A stretch of DNA of 64,000 nucleotides from an uncultured SAR86 cluster bacterium. Lineage in GTDB: Bacteria > Pseudomonadota > Gammaproteobacteria > Magnimaribacterales > AG-339-G14. Both the position numbers and the translations under genes were made by a program. Where the stretch lies: positions 2,212 to 66,211 of the forward strand of contig CABYXE010000003.1 in assembly GCA_902522825.1 (NCBI GenBank), given 5' to 3'. This document shows, piece by piece, positions 27,867-38,752 of the stretch (its first letter is position 1; every line of letters begins with the position of its first letter). The notes under the pieces were generated by a model. The model saw nothing but the letters and a program-made list of their open reading frames with translations. It had not been told where the DNA came from and did not search any database.

Positions 27867-29330
27867 ATGTCTCAAACCGTCGAAACCAATGTTCGTCAGG
27901 ATCCTGATGATCTTTTAAACACAATTGCCGATTATGCTCTTAATTATGAAGTAAATAGTGAGGAAGCTCTATTAACAGCAAGATACTGTTTAATGGATAC
28001 TTTGGGATGTGGAATATTGGCTCTTTCATTTCCAGATTGTAAAAAATTACTTGGACCACATGTTGAAGGAACAATAGTACCAAACGGAGTGAGAGTGCCA
28101 GGTACAGACTATATTTTGGATCCAGTAAAGGGCGCTTGGGATATCGGGGCAATTATAAGATGGCTTGATTTTAACGATACTTGGCTTGCAGCTGAATGGG
28201 GACATCCTTCGGATAACCTGGGTGGAATTTTGGCAGCTGCAGATTTTATTTCACAACAAAAAGTGCTAGCAGGAAAGGAGCCGCTAACAATCAAGGATGT
28301 AATAATTTCTATGGTGAAAGCTCATGAAATTCAAGGAATAATGGCTTTAGAAAATAGTTTTAACAGAGTGGGATTGGATCACGTAATTTTGGTTAAATTA
28401 GCCTCCACTGCAGTAATTGCGTCATTATTTGAGCTTTCAAAAGAAGAAACTATTAATGCTCTATCTCAGGTATTTGTTGATGGTCAAAGTCTAAGAACTT
28501 ATCGACATAGTCCAAATGCAGGACCTAGAAAATCTTGGGCAGCTGGCGACGCAACTAGCAGAGCTTTGCATTTAGTCATGCTTACTATGAAGGGCCAAAT
28601 AGGTTACCCAAGCGCTATTTCAGCTCCAACTTGGGGTTTTAAAGATGTGTTATTTAAAGGTAATGAATTCAAAATTAATCAAGAATTTAACTCTTATGTT
28701 ATGGAAAATGTTTTATTTAAAATATCTTTTCCAGCTGAATTTCATGCTCAAACTGCTGTAGAAGCAGCTGTTATTTTACATCCTGAAATCATTAGCAAAC
28801 TTAAAGACATTGAGAAAATTGTTATAACTACTCATGAATCTGCTATTCGAATAATCAGCAAAGAAGGAGAATTAAATAATCCTGCTGATCGAGATCACTG
28901 CATTCAATATATGACTGCAATAGGACTATTAAAAGGAGATTTAGTTGCAGAAGATTATGAAGATGATGTTGCTTCTGACCCAAGAATCGATGAACTAAGA
29001 AAAAAAATGATTATTCAAGAAGACAAGAGATATACTGAAGAATACTTGCAACCCGATAAAAGATCTATTGCTAATTCTATTCAAATTTTCTTTCAAGATG
29101 GTTCATCTACAAAAAATGTTGAAGTTGAATATCCTATTGGACATCGTCGAAGAAGAGAAGAGGGAATACCTGTCCTTCTTTCTAAATTTGAAAAGAATTT
29201 AAAGACTCACTTTAATGAAAATCAGGTAAGTGAGATTATAAAAACTTGTTCCAATACAAACGAATTAGATAAAATGAACGTTATCGATTTTATGACTTTA
29301 TTTTCTTTAGAAAAAAATAATCAAAAATAA
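27867..29330 (+). CDS. prpD: 2-methylcitrate dehydratase
   Basis: MmgE/PrpD family, about 487 aa ([19 protein letters not shown]), following prpC. Confidence 0.85.
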   Translation: MSQTVETNVRQDPDDLLNTIADYALNYEVNSEEALLTARYCLMDTLGCGILALSFPDCKKLLGPHVEGTIVPNGVRVPGTDYILDPVKGAWDIGAIIRWLDFNDTWLAAEWGHPSDNLGGILAAADFISQQKVLAGKEPLTIKDVIISMVKAHEIQGIMALENSFNRVGLDHVILVKLASTAVIASLFELSKEETINALSQVFVDGQSLRTYRHSPNAGPRKSWAAGDATSRALHLVMLTMKGQIGYPSAISAPTWGFKDVLFKGNEFKINQEFNSYVMENVLFKISFPAEFHAQTAVEAAVILHPEIISKLKDIEKIVITTHESAIRIISKEGELNNPADRDHCIQYMTAIGLLKGDLVAEDYEDDVASDPRIDELRKKMIIQEDKRYTEEYLQPDKRSIANSIQIFFQDGSSTKNVEVEYPIGHRRRREEGIPVLLSKFEKNLKTHFNENQVSEIIKTCSNTNELDKMNVIDFMTLFSLEKNNQK

Positions 29331-29380
29331 AGCTCTTCTCATCAAAATTTCCTTAAAATAGCTTTATTGAATTTTTAAAA

Positions 29381-30529
29381 ATGAAGTTTTTTAGAGAAAT
29401 TTTTAGACTCATTAAACAATTAGTTTTTCTACCAAAAAATATTGGAAATTTTCTATTTGGTACATTTTATTACGACATATTTTTAGCAAAATCAAAAAAA
29501 CAATACTCGGGAAGTCTCAGTTTAAAAAATAGGACAGTTATCTTTTTAATTTTTCCAGAAGCAGGAATTACAAATTCTCATCTAAGAACTTTAAAATATT
29601 TTATAAAGAATAATTACTCTCCAATAGTAATTAGTAATCTGCCATTAATTGAATCGGATCGATCTGAGATTCTAAAAAACTGTTGCTCTTTAATTGAAAG
29701 AAAAAATTTTGGATATGACTTTGGTGGCTATAGAGATGCGATTCTTCACCTTTCTAACAAAATAAAAAAATTTGATAATTTATTATTAATAAATGACTCC
29801 ACTTGGTTTCCAATTCTTCAGGATAATGCTTTCATTAATTTCATTAATAATTCTAATTTAGACTTTATTGGCGCAACATCACATTATGGCTTTGAAAGAC
29901 TAAAGCTCCCTTCCAAAAGAGAAAATTTACCAAAAACAATTAATTTTAATTCAGACAATAGAAATTTCCATTACGCATCTTATGCATTGAGTTTTTCAAA
30001 AAAAATTTTAAATGATAGTAATTTTTATAAATTTTGGAAAACTTTAAGATTGTCAGGAACTAAAAACGTGGTTGTTAGAAGAGGAGAAATAGGTCTAACT
30101 CAATTTATTATTAGAAACAAAAATTACTCTCATGGATCATTTATAGATTCTGAGAAATTAGAGGCAACTCTAAAAGAATTCTCCAGAGAAAGGCTTTTAA
30201 AAATATGTCATGAAGTTATAGTAGAAAATAAATCTCTAAGAATATTCAAAGAAAAATTTTTCACTGATCTAGAAAATTCTTCTAAAAATGAAATAATCTC
30301 TTTCTTAATCATAATTGTCTCCAGACAAATAATAGTCTTTTCTTTATTGAAATTCTTAATTGAAGAATTAAGATTTCCTTTTATTAAAAAAATGCTTCTC
30401 AAGCTAGACAAAGATAGTGCTGAGAAAACTTACAATATTATAAAATCTCTTGACGAAGAGATCTTCGAAGAAATTAATTCTGAAATTAAAGCAAACAAAG
30501 AATTAAGAAAATTTATTATTACTAACTAA
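29381..30529 (+). CDS. hypothetical protein, possibly polysaccharide-related (weak RgpF/rhamnan-synthesis-F-like impression)
   Basis: Long ORF with very AT-rich, Lys/Asn/Ile-rich composition. Motif NFGYDFGGYRD is reminiscent of LPS-biosynthesis proteins. Function call is weak. Confidence 0.3.
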   Translation: MKFFREIFRLIKQLVFLPKNIGNFLFGTFYYDIFLAKSKKQYSGSLSLKNRTVIFLIFPEAGITNSHLRTLKYFIKNNYSPIVISNLPLIESDRSEILKNCCSLIERKNFGYDFGGYRDAILHLSNKIKKFDNLLLINDSTWFPILQDNAFINFINNSNLDFIGATSHYGFERLKLPSKRENLPKTINFNSDNRNFHYASYALSFSKKILNDSNFYKFWKTLRLSGTKNVVVRRGEIGLTQFIIRNKNYSHGSFIDSEKLEATLKEFSRERLLKICHEVIVENKSLRIFKEKFFTDLENSSKNEIISFLIIIVSRQIIVFSLLKFLIEELRFPFIKKMLLKLDKDSAEKTYNIIKSLDEEIFEEINSEIKANKELRKFIITN

Positions 30530-31175
30530 GCTTTATACCAGTCAAGGATTCTAATTCTTCTAGAGCTTGGTCTTCTGAATAAACTTTTATTGTTGTAATT
30601 TTTAAAAGCTTTGCTGGTTTTAAATTTATTCCCAAATCGTCTAAAAAAATTGTTTTTTCTGGGTCAACTTTTGTTCTTTTGAGAGCAAGCTCATAAAATT
30701 CATTATTTGGCTTTCTAACTCCCACTTCTTTTGATTCAATAATAAAGTCAAATAATTTCATAATTTTTAATCTTTCGTCATTTTTATCATCAAGAGCTGA
30801 GATATCTCTATCTCCCGAGTCAAAATTATTAGTCAAACATGCTTGTAAAAATCCAAGTTCTTTAAACTTTTTAATTGCTTTAACTATTTTAGGTCTCAGA
30901 TTTCCTTGAAGTAATGACAAAACTTCATGACCAGCTATCTCTCTTCCTAATTCTTTGCTTTCTTGGGCAAAAAGAATATTAAATTCTTCGAGAGAAATTT
31001 TTGATTGTTCCAATTGAGCCCAGGCATTTTTATAAGGATTATGAGAATTTACTTTTCTTATAAAATCTTTAGGAATCTTATTTTTTCTTTCAAATACATT
31101 GAATGCTTCGAAGGGACTAGAAGTAATAACACCACCAAAGTCCCAAAATATCGAACTAAATTTTTTATTATTCAT
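30522..31175 (-). CDS. HAD-superfamily hydrolase (subfamily IA, epoxide-hydrolase-N-terminal-like phosphatase)
   Basis: DFGGV (motif I variant), CLTNN, KP...Y, FLDDLGINL motifs. Confidence 0.65.
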   Translation of the reverse strand: MNNKKFSSIFWDFGGVITSSPFEAFNVFERKNKIPKDFIRKVNSHNPYKNAWAQLEQSKISLEEFNILFAQESKELGREIAGHEVLSLLQGNLRPKIVKAIKKFKELGFLQACLTNNFDSGDRDISALDDKNDERLKIMKLFDFIIESKEVGVRKPNNEFYELALKRTKVDPEKTIFLDDLGINLKPAKLLKITTIKVYSEDQALEELESLTGIKLS

Positions 31176-31230
31176 CTATTTAAGTAATGAGTCACATTAA
31201 GCGTATAATTAGTTTTAATTTTAAATAGTT

Positions 31231-32328
31231 ATGTCTGGAAATACTATTGGTAAAAATTTTTCTGTAACTACTTTTGGTGAAAGCCACGGAGTAGCTTTAG
31301 GCTGTGTTATTGATGGATGTCCTCCAGGAATAGAGATTTCTGAGAAAGATATTCAAGTGGAACTTGATTTAAGAAAGCCAGGTTCAAATAAATATACTAC
31401 TCAAAGAAAAGAATCAGATGAAGTTGAGATTCTTTCAGGTATTTTCGAAGGAAAAACAACAGGCACACCTATTGGTCTTTTAATTAGAAATAAAGACCAA
31501 AAAAGTTCTGATTATGATGACTTAAAAGATGTTTTTAGACCTTCTCATGCAGATTACAGTTATATCCAAAAGTATGGCATAAGAGATCACAGAGGCGGAG
31601 GAAGATCTTCTGCAAGAGAAACGACAATGAGAGTTGCAGCAGGAGCTATCGCAAAAAAATTTCTTAAGGATCAGCTATCAGTTGAGATAGATGGGTATGT
31701 AAGTCAGATAGGAAAATTCAGCATAGAAAACTTTGATTCAGAAGAGATAAAAAAGAATCCTTTTTTCTGTCCAGATAAAAATTTAGTTTCAGAATTAGAA
31801 AAATACATTGACAATCTTCGAAACAAAGGGGACTCCATCGGAGCTAAAATTACCGTACGTGCATCTAATATGCCCTTGGGGTTAGGCGAACCAGTTTTTG
31901 ACAAATTAGACGCCGATATTGCCCATGCCTTAATGAGCATAAATGCTGTCAAAGGTGTAGAAATAGGTTCAGGCTTTGACGTTGTCGAATTACAAGGATC
32001 AGAAAATAGAGATGAAATGTCTCCAGAGGGCTTTAAATCTAATAATTCAGGAGGCATATCAGGCGGTATATCTACAGGACAAGATTTATTGGCAAGCATA
32101 GCTTTGAAACCAACTTCAAGCATTATGGTTGAAGGAGATTCAGTTAATAAAAAAGGAGAATCAGTAAAAGTTCAATCAAAAGGCAGGCATGATCCTTGCG
32201 TCGGTATAAGGGCAGTGCCAATAGCAGAAGCAATGGTAGCTATAGTTTTAACTGACCATTTTCTTAGAAACAGAGCTCAGAATGCTGACAAATCAGACTC
32301 TGTAAATAAAATTCCTTCTAGCGAGTAA
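31231..32328 (+). CDS. aroC: chorismate synthase
   Basis: [31 protein letters not shown] motifs. Confidence 0.9.
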   Translation: MSGNTIGKNFSVTTFGESHGVALGCVIDGCPPGIEISEKDIQVELDLRKPGSNKYTTQRKESDEVEILSGIFEGKTTGTPIGLLIRNKDQKSSDYDDLKDVFRPSHADYSYIQKYGIRDHRGGGRSSARETTMRVAAGAIAKKFLKDQLSVEIDGYVSQIGKFSIENFDSEEIKKNPFFCPDKNLVSELEKYIDNLRNKGDSIGAKITVRASNMPLGLGEPVFDKLDADIAHALMSINAVKGVEIGSGFDVVELQGSENRDEMSPEGFKSNNSGGISGGISTGQDLLASIALKPTSSIMVEGDSVNKKGESVKVQSKGRHDPCVGIRAVPIAEAMVAIVLTDHFLRNRAQNADKSDSVNKIPSSE

Positions 32329-32330
32329 AG

Positions 32331-33722
32331 ATGTCAAAAAAAACTCTCTACGATAAGATTTGGGAAGATCATTTTGTTACTGTTAGAGATGATGGAAGCA
32401 GTTTAATGTATATAGATAGGCATTTAGTTCACGAAGTGACATCACCTCAAGCCTTTGAAGGTTTACGTGAAAATAATTTAAAACCCAGAAGAGTTTCATC
32501 AATTCTAGCTACGCCAGATCATAATGTGCCAACAACTTTTAGAGAAAATGATCTTGATGGAATAGAGGATCCAATAAGTAAGCTGCAGGTGTTAACTTTA
32601 GATGAAAACTGCAACGAGTTTGGAATCAACCAATTTAAATTAAATGATCTAAGACAAGGAATTGTTCATGTCATAGGTCCTGAGCAAGGACTAACTTTAC
32701 CTGGAATGACAATTGTTTGTGGAGACTCTCATACATCTACCCATGGAGCATTTGGTTCTTTAGCAATGGGAATTGGAACTAGTGAAGTTGAACATGTTTT
32801 AGCTACTCAATGCTTAGTCACAAAAAAACAGAAAAATATGTTGATTAATATTCATGGAGAAGTTGAAGAGGGCGTTACGGCAAAAGATATTACGATGTTT
32901 ATTATTGGAAAAATTGGAACGGCTGGCGGAACAGGATATGTTATTGAATATAATGGAGAAGCTATCCACTCCCTTTCTATGGAAGGCAGAATGACTTTGT
33001 GTAATATGGCGATAGAGGCTGGAGCTAGAGCAGGAATGGTCGCACCAGATAATAAAACCTTTGATTATGTTAAGGGTAGACCATTAGCGCCTAAAGGTTC
33101 CTTATTTGATAAAGCTGTAAAATACTGGAAAACTTTGCCATCAGATGAAGGTGCAATTTTTGATAAAGTATTTGATTTTGAAGCGAAAGATATTACACCT
33201 CAAGTAACATGGGGAACATCTCCAGAAATGGTTGTAAGTATTGAAGATTCTGTACCTGCAAGTAAAGATAAAAACTTAATAGATGCCCTAGAATATATGG
33301 GACTTAAGCCTGGGACTAAAATTAAAGATATTGAGCTAGATCAAATTTTCATAGGTTCTTGCACTAATTCTAGAATCGAAGATCTCAGAGCTGCTTCTCA
33401 AATTTTAAAGGATAATAAAATTTCTAAAAGAATTAAGCGAGCTATTGTTGTTCCAGGTTCAGGATTGGTAAAAAAACAAGCCGAATCAGAAGGTTTAGAT
33501 CAAATTTTTATTGATGCAGGTTTTGAGTGGAGAGATGCTGGGTGTTCAATGTGTTTAGGTATGAATCCTGATCAATTAGATCAGTTACAAAGATGTGCTT
33601 CTACTTCAAATAGGAATTTTGAAGGAAGGCAAGGATACAAAGGAAGAACTCACTTAGTAAGCCCTGTAATGGCTGCAATAGCTTCGCTTGAAGGAAAATT
33701 TTCTGATGTAAGAGATTATTAG
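32331..33722 (+). CDS. leuC: 3-isopropylmalate dehydratase large subunit
   Basis: [41 protein letters not shown] Fe-S ligands. Confidence 0.9.
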   Translation: MSKKTLYDKIWEDHFVTVRDDGSSLMYIDRHLVHEVTSPQAFEGLRENNLKPRRVSSILATPDHNVPTTFRENDLDGIEDPISKLQVLTLDENCNEFGINQFKLNDLRQGIVHVIGPEQGLTLPGMTIVCGDSHTSTHGAFGSLAMGIGTSEVEHVLATQCLVTKKQKNMLINIHGEVEEGVTAKDITMFIIGKIGTAGGTGYVIEYNGEAIHSLSMEGRMTLCNMAIEAGARAGMVAPDNKTFDYVKGRPLAPKGSLFDKAVKYWKTLPSDEGAIFDKVFDFEAKDITPQVTWGTSPEMVVSIEDSVPASKDKNLIDALEYMGLKPGTKIKDIELDQIFIGSCTNSRIEDLRAASQILKDNKISKRIKRAIVVPGSGLVKKQAESEGLDQIFIDAGFEWRDAGCSMCLGMNPDQLDQLQRCASTSNRNFEGRQGYKGRTHLVSPVMAAIASLEGKFSDVRDY

Positions 33723-33723
33723 C

Positions 33724-34368
33724 ATGTCACAAATTTCAAATATATATTCAGGTAAAGGTGTGTGTTTAGATAAAGCCAATATAGATACGGATCAGATTAT
33801 TCCTAAACAGTTTTTAAAATCTATAAAGAAGACAGGTTTAGGACCATTTTTATTTGATTCTTGGAGATATGAAGACGAAGGGTTTTTAGGAAAAGAATTA
33901 GCCACGAGAACTATTAAAAAAGATTTTGTATTAAATAAAGATGCATTCTCACAATCAAACATTCTCATAACTAGAGAAAATTTTGGTTGTGGATCAAGTA
34001 GGGAACATGCAGTTTGGGCCTTAAAAGATTTTGGTATTTCAACTGTTTTAGCACCTTCTTTTGGAGATATATTTTTTAATAATTGTTTTAAAAATGGATT
34101 ATTAGCAATACAAATATCAGATCTAAATATAGAAAAAATTTTTTTAAATCAATCTGAAAAAAGTCCTATTGATATCTCTGTTGATTTAGTTAATCAAAAA
34201 GTTTTTAGTAAAAATCTTTTTACAGAAAGCTTTGAAATAGATCCATATAGGAAAAACTGTTTAATAGAGGGTTTAGATGAAATAGGTTACAGCCTTAAAT
34301 ACGAAAATGAGATTGAAATATTTGAGAAAAAAGTTAAAAAAGAAAGGCCATGGAGTTTAAATGACTAA
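33724..34368 (+). CDS. leuD: 3-isopropylmalate dehydratase small subunit
   Basis: NIDTDQIIPKQFLK, ENFGCGSSREHA. Follows leuC. Confidence 0.9.
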   Translation: MSQISNIYSGKGVCLDKANIDTDQIIPKQFLKSIKKTGLGPFLFDSWRYEDEGFLGKELATRTIKKDFVLNKDAFSQSNILITRENFGCGSSREHAVWALKDFGISTVLAPSFGDIFFNNCFKNGLLAIQISDLNIEKIFLNQSEKSPIDISVDLVNQKVFSKNLFTESFEIDPYRKNCLIEGLDEIGYSLKYENEIEIFEKKVKKERPWSLND

Positions 34369-35425
34369 AAAAATAAATATTCTCCTTTTGCCAGGAGATG
34401 GAGTGGGACCAGAAGTTTGCAAAGAAGCTAATAAATTATTTTTAGCTGTTTCAAGAAGATTCAATCTAGATATTTCTGTTGATGAAGATCTAATAGGTGG
34501 AGTTTCTATCGATAAAAATAACTCACCTATTACAGATAAAGTTATTTCTAAAGCTAATGCTACAGATGCTATCTTATTGGGTGGGGTCGGAGGGCCTAAA
34601 TGGGATAATTTGCCTTCAAAAGATAAACCTGAAAAAGGACTTTTAAGAATAAGATCTGAATTAAATTTTTTTGCAAATTTAAGACCATCGATATGTTTTA
34701 CTGAAACTTCCGGCGCTTCAACTTTGAAGAGTGAAATTATTGATGGTTTAGATCTTTTGATTGTTAGAGAATTAACGGGAGGTATATATTTTGGAGAACC
34801 AAGAGAAAAATCAAAAGATGTAGCTTTCAACACAATGATTTATTCTAGAGAAGAAATAAAAAAAATCTCTGAAGTTGCATTTGAGAGTGCTATGAAAAGA
34901 AATAAAAAATTATGCTCTGTAGATAAAGCAAATGTATTAGAAGTTTCTGAGCTTTGGAGAGAAGTAGTTTTAGAAACGTCAAAAAACTATCCTGAAGTCG
35001 AACTTGAACATATGTTGGTTGATAATGCAGCAATGCAACTAGTTAAAAATCCTAAACAATTTGATGTGATTGTTTCGTCTAATTTATTTGGAGATATTTT
35101 GTCAGATATCGGTTCGATGCTTACTGGTTCAATTGGAATGTTGCCTTCTGCATCACTAGATAAAAACTCAAAAGGCTTGTATGAGCCAGTTCATGGTACA
35201 GCTCCAGATATTGCAGGTAAAGGAGTTGTGAACCCGATTGCAACAATTTTATCAGTAGCAATGATGTTCAAGTACACATTTGAATTAAATGAAATTTCAG
35301 ATGAGATTGAATCGGCAGTCAAACAAGCCCTAGCAAATGGCTATGCAACTCAAGATATTGCTCAAAAAAATTCAAAAATTTTATCAACTGAGGAAATGGG
35401 TTCATTAATAGCAGATTATGTTTAA
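34361..35425 (+). CDS. leuB: 3-isopropylmalate dehydrogenase
   Basis: LPGDGVGPEV, LLGGVGGPKW, NLFGDILSD motifs. Confidence 0.9.
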   Translation: MTKKINILLLPGDGVGPEVCKEANKLFLAVSRRFNLDISVDEDLIGGVSIDKNNSPITDKVISKANATDAILLGGVGGPKWDNLPSKDKPEKGLLRIRSELNFFANLRPSICFTETSGASTLKSEIIDGLDLLIVRELTGGIYFGEPREKSKDVAFNTMIYSREEIKKISEVAFESAMKRNKKLCSVDKANVLEVSELWREVVLETSKNYPEVELEHMLVDNAAMQLVKNPKQFDVIVSSNLFGDILSDIGSMLTGSIGMLPSASLDKNSKGLYEPVHGTAPDIAGKGVVNPIATILSVAMMFKYTFELNEISDEIESAVKQALANGYATQDIAQKNSKILSTEEMGSLIADYV

Positions 35426-36416
35426 TAAGAAATTAGCAATCGTTGGTGCTTCTGGTGCAGTAGGCAGAGTATTCCTTGAGCTTTTAGATGAAAAATATCC
35501 TGGTAAAAAAGACTTGCATCTTGTAGCGAGCAAAAGATCTGCAGGTAATAAAATGTCATGCGGAGACGAGGAGTTTGTAATTCAAGATATTGAAAATTTT
35601 AATTTTTCAAATATAGATATTGCATTCTTTTCTGCAGGAGCAAAAACTGCCGAAAAATATGCACCACTTGCTGTTTCTTCAGGTTGCACTGTGATAGATA
35701 ATTCATCACATTTCAGGACTCATGAAGATAAGCTTCTGATCGTACCAGAAGTTAATTCAAAAGATCTCTGTAATTTTGAATCGCCAGGAATCATTTCAAA
35801 TCCAAATTGTTCAACTGCTCAATTAGTTGTTGCTTTAAAACCAATTCACGATTTGTTTTTAATTAAAAGGGTAGACGTTGCATCGTATCAATCTGTTTCA
35901 GGTACTGGAAAAGAAGGAATTGATGAGTTAATAGAACAAACTAAAAAATTTTTAAACGATGAAGATATTCATCCTAAGGTGTATGGTGCCCAAATTGCAT
36001 TTAATGTAATTCCTGCAGGTAATATTTTAGAAAATAATTATACAGATGAAGAAATTAAAATGAGCTTTGAAACGAATAAAATATTGGATAAAGATATAAA
36101 GCTTTCTGCTACCTGCTCAAGAGTTCCTGTTTTATATGGACATTCTCTCGCTGTGCATGTTGAAACAGAAAAAGAAATTAATCTCGATCTACTGATACAA
36201 AAAATCAAAGATCAGAAAGGGTTAGATTTTTTTGATTCTCAAGATTTCACTTCTCCAAATGCTGTCAATCACGCTGAAGGAAAAAATCCTGTTTCTGTTG
36301 GAAGAGTGAGATTAGATTTATGGGATAAAAATAGAGTAAATTTTTGGGTTGTAGCAGATAATTTAAGGAAAGGCGCTGCGCTAAATAGTCTTCAAATCTT
36401 AGATGAACTATTATAA
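35418..36416 (+). CDS. asd: aspartate-semialdehyde dehydrogenase (short, about 332-aa type)
   Basis: VGASGAVG Rossmann motif, active-site NPNCSTAQ, SVSGTGK. leuB-asd synteny. Confidence 0.85.
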   Translation: MFNKKLAIVGASGAVGRVFLELLDEKYPGKKDLHLVASKRSAGNKMSCGDEEFVIQDIENFNFSNIDIAFFSAGAKTAEKYAPLAVSSGCTVIDNSSHFRTHEDKLLIVPEVNSKDLCNFESPGIISNPNCSTAQLVVALKPIHDLFLIKRVDVASYQSVSGTGKEGIDELIEQTKKFLNDEDIHPKVYGAQIAFNVIPAGNILENNYTDEEIKMSFETNKILDKDIKLSATCSRVPVLYGHSLAVHVETEKEINLDLLIQKIKDQKGLDFFDSQDFTSPNAVNHAEGKNPVSVGRVRLDLWDKNRVNFWVVADNLRKGAALNSLQILDELL

Positions 36417-37332
36417 ATTTTATTTATTTTTTATTTTCCTTACCTTTGGGAGTCTGGTAGCTTCAGATGAAAATAAAATAATTAAAACTGATAAATATAA
36501 TAATCTCTGGTCTATTGGCTTAGAATTAAAGGAGACATACAAAGATTTCTCTATATATCAGATAATGATTTCTTTATTAGAGATAAATGAAATAGCTTTT
36601 AATGATAGAAATATTAACTTTATGAATAAAGGTTATATTTTGTCTCTACCGAGTTTAGAAAATTTAGAAGAAATAGATCTTTCAGGTTCTGTAAGAGAAG
36701 TAGCAAGACAAAATTTTGCTGCAAATGTTGGGCCAGTAGATTACAGCTTATTGGATGACGTATTAGTTTTATCTAAACCAGAAATTTTGATTAAGGAGGA
36801 GAATGATAAAAGTCTATCGCAATTTGAAATCATTCAAATATCGGATAACGATGAATCCTTAGTGCCTTTTCAGATAATAGATAAAGAACCAAATTTAAAT
36901 CTAGAAAAAAAAGAACTTGAACAAGAAAATGAAGAATTAAAAATTGTTGAAATCCCAAACTTTGAAATAGTATCAGATGAAATTTCAACCTTAGAAAGCA
37001 ATTTAAATAAAATAACAGAAGATGAGTTTATGAATAATGAATTTTATCTAATACTAGGGTTAATTATTTTGATAGGTTTAATTTTTATATTTAGAAATAG
37101 GCCAACTAAAAATATTAAAAAAATTGAAAAAAAAGATGAAGAATCTCAAACAGATTTAGATGAAGAATTTGGCGAGATTGGAGATCCAATTGAAGCTAGA
37201 ATTAACTTAGCCATAACATATATAGAAATGAATCAGATAGATAAAGCTAATGAGCTTTTATCTCAGGTTGTTGAATCAGATGCATCAGAAATACAAATAG
37301 AAAAAGCTCAGAAATTATTAAAAAGCATTTAA
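36403..37332 (+). CDS. miniature FimV/HubP-like protein (signal, LysM-like module, acidic linker, TM helix, FimV C-terminal motif)
   Basis: Position between asd and truA as for Pseudomonas fimV. C-terminus ARINLAITYIEMNQIDKANELLSQVVES...AQKLLKSI resembles the FimV C-terminal repeat. TM FYLILGLIILIGLIFIF. Confidence 0.55.
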   Translation: MNYYKFYLFFIFLTFGSLVASDENKIIKTDKYNNLWSIGLELKETYKDFSIYQIMISLLEINEIAFNDRNINFMNKGYILSLPSLENLEEIDLSGSVREVARQNFAANVGPVDYSLLDDVLVLSKPEILIKEENDKSLSQFEIIQISDNDESLVPFQIIDKEPNLNLEKKELEQENEELKIVEIPNFEIVSDEISTLESNLNKITEDEFMNNEFYLILGLIILIGLIFIFRNRPTKNIKKIEKKDEESQTDLDEEFGEIGDPIEARINLAITYIEMNQIDKANELLSQVVESDASEIQIEKAQKLLKSI

Positions 37333-37336
37333 TTTA

Positions 37337-38131
37337 ATGAAAAGATTTGCTGCCAGCATAGAATACTTTGGTTCAAACTATAGTGGCTGGCAAAAACAAA
37401 AACAAACCTCAAATACTATCCAAGAAAAAATAGAAGAAGCACTTTCATCTATTGCCAATGAAGATATTAAAATTGTATGTGCGGGAAGAACTGATGCAGG
37501 AGTTCATGCAATTTCACAAGTTATTCACTTTGACACTGAAGCAATAAGACTTAAAAAAGCATGGATTCAAGGAACGAATTCTCTCTTACCAAATGATATT
37601 TCAATAAATTGGATCAAAAATGTAGATCAATCATTCAACGCAAGATTTTCTGCTTTAAACAGAACATATAAATATATCGTTTTTAATAAAACTTCTAACT
37701 CAATTATTCACTCAAATAGAGCAACACTTGTAAAAGAAAAACTTGATATTGATATTATGAATAAAGCATCGCAATTTTTAATAGGCGAGAATGATTTTAG
37801 TTCCTTTAGAGCGGCAGGCTGCCAATCTAAAACACCTATGAGAAACATAAAAGACATAAAAATAGCTAAGAAAAAAAATACTATTATTTTTGAAATTTCA
37901 GCAAATGCATTTTTATTTAATATGGTAAGAATCATTATAGGTACTTTAATAAATTTTGGCGCTAATAATTTAGATCCAAATTTAATGAAAAGTATTTTAG
38001 ATTCTAAAGACAGAAAAAAAGCTTCTAAAACCTTAGATTCTAGTGGCCTATATTTTATTGGCCCTGAGTATCCTGTAGAATTTAAAATACCTAGTCCCCC
38101 AAAAAAAAGACAAATAGTGCCCTACATTTAA
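37337..38131 (+). CDS. truA: tRNA pseudouridine(38-40) synthase
   Basis: GSNYSGWQKQ, AGRTDAGVHA catalytic Asp, FLFNMVR. Confidence 0.9.
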   Translation: MKRFAASIEYFGSNYSGWQKQKQTSNTIQEKIEEALSSIANEDIKIVCAGRTDAGVHAISQVIHFDTEAIRLKKAWIQGTNSLLPNDISINWIKNVDQSFNARFSALNRTYKYIVFNKTSNSIIHSNRATLVKEKLDIDIMNKASQFLIGENDFSSFRAAGCQSKTPMRNIKDIKIAKKKNTIIFEISANAFLFNMVRIIIGTLINFGANNLDPNLMKSILDSKDRKKASKTLDSSGLYFIGPEYPVEFKIPSPPKKRQIVPYI

Positions 38132-38752
38132 ATGAATATTTTTATAAAAATTTGTGGAATTACAAATCCTTCAGATGCAAAGGCTAGTCTAGAATATAGA
38201 GCTGATGCATTAGGGTTTATACAAACCAAAAAAAGTAAAAGATTTGTATCTCTAGAGACTCTCAATGAAATTAAAAGAGAGGTTGGTAATAATTTTTTAT
38301 CTGTCCCAGTCTTTGTTAATCCTGATCGCAATCAAGTATTAGATTTTTTAAATATATTTCCTAATAGCATTATTCAATTTCACGGTGACGAAGAAGAAGA
38401 TTTCTGTCTCAGTTTTAAAAAACCTTTTATAAAAGCACTGAATGCTACAAATCAAAAAGAATTACTAAGAGATTTAAATAATTTTAAAAAATCTCATGCT
38501 TATCTATTAGATTCAGGAGACTCAGAAAATAGAGGAGGAACCGGAGAAACTTTTGATTGGAAGCTTATACCTAAAGAGCTTTCAGATAAAATAATAGTTG
38601 CTGGAGGTCTGAATTCAAATAACATAAATATCCTATTAGATGATTACATTCCGTATGGTATTGATGTTAGTAGTGGTGTTGAGTCAATAATTGGAGTAAA
38701 AGATCATAAAAAGATAAAAAATTTCATAAAAATGGTAAGAAGCTATGAGTAA
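38132..38752 (+). CDS. trpF: phosphoribosylanthranilate isomerase
   Basis: IKICGIT, QFHGDE, AGGLN motifs. Precedes trpB. Confidence 0.85.
   Translation: MNIFIKICGITNPSDAKASLEYRADALGFIQTKKSKRFVSLETLNEIKREVGNNFLSVPVFVNPDRNQVLDFLNIFPNSIIQFHGDEEEDFCLSFKKPFIKALNATNQKELLRDLNNFKKSHAYLLDSGDSENRGGTGETFDWKLIPKELSDKIIVAGGLNSNNINILLDDYIPYGIDVSSGVESIIGVKDHKKIKNFIKMVRSYE

Noticed and set aside
34357-34833. 158-aa ORF antisense to the 5' part of leuB (the longest antisense ORF in the track)
   Set aside because: In this antisense frame a stop requires a sense Tyr, His or Gln codon preceded by a codon ending in T or C. The first ~150 residues of LeuB contain essentially no Tyr, His or Gln until GGIYFG. The open frame is therefore a by-product of LeuB composition. 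The translation is low-complexity and there is no RBS.
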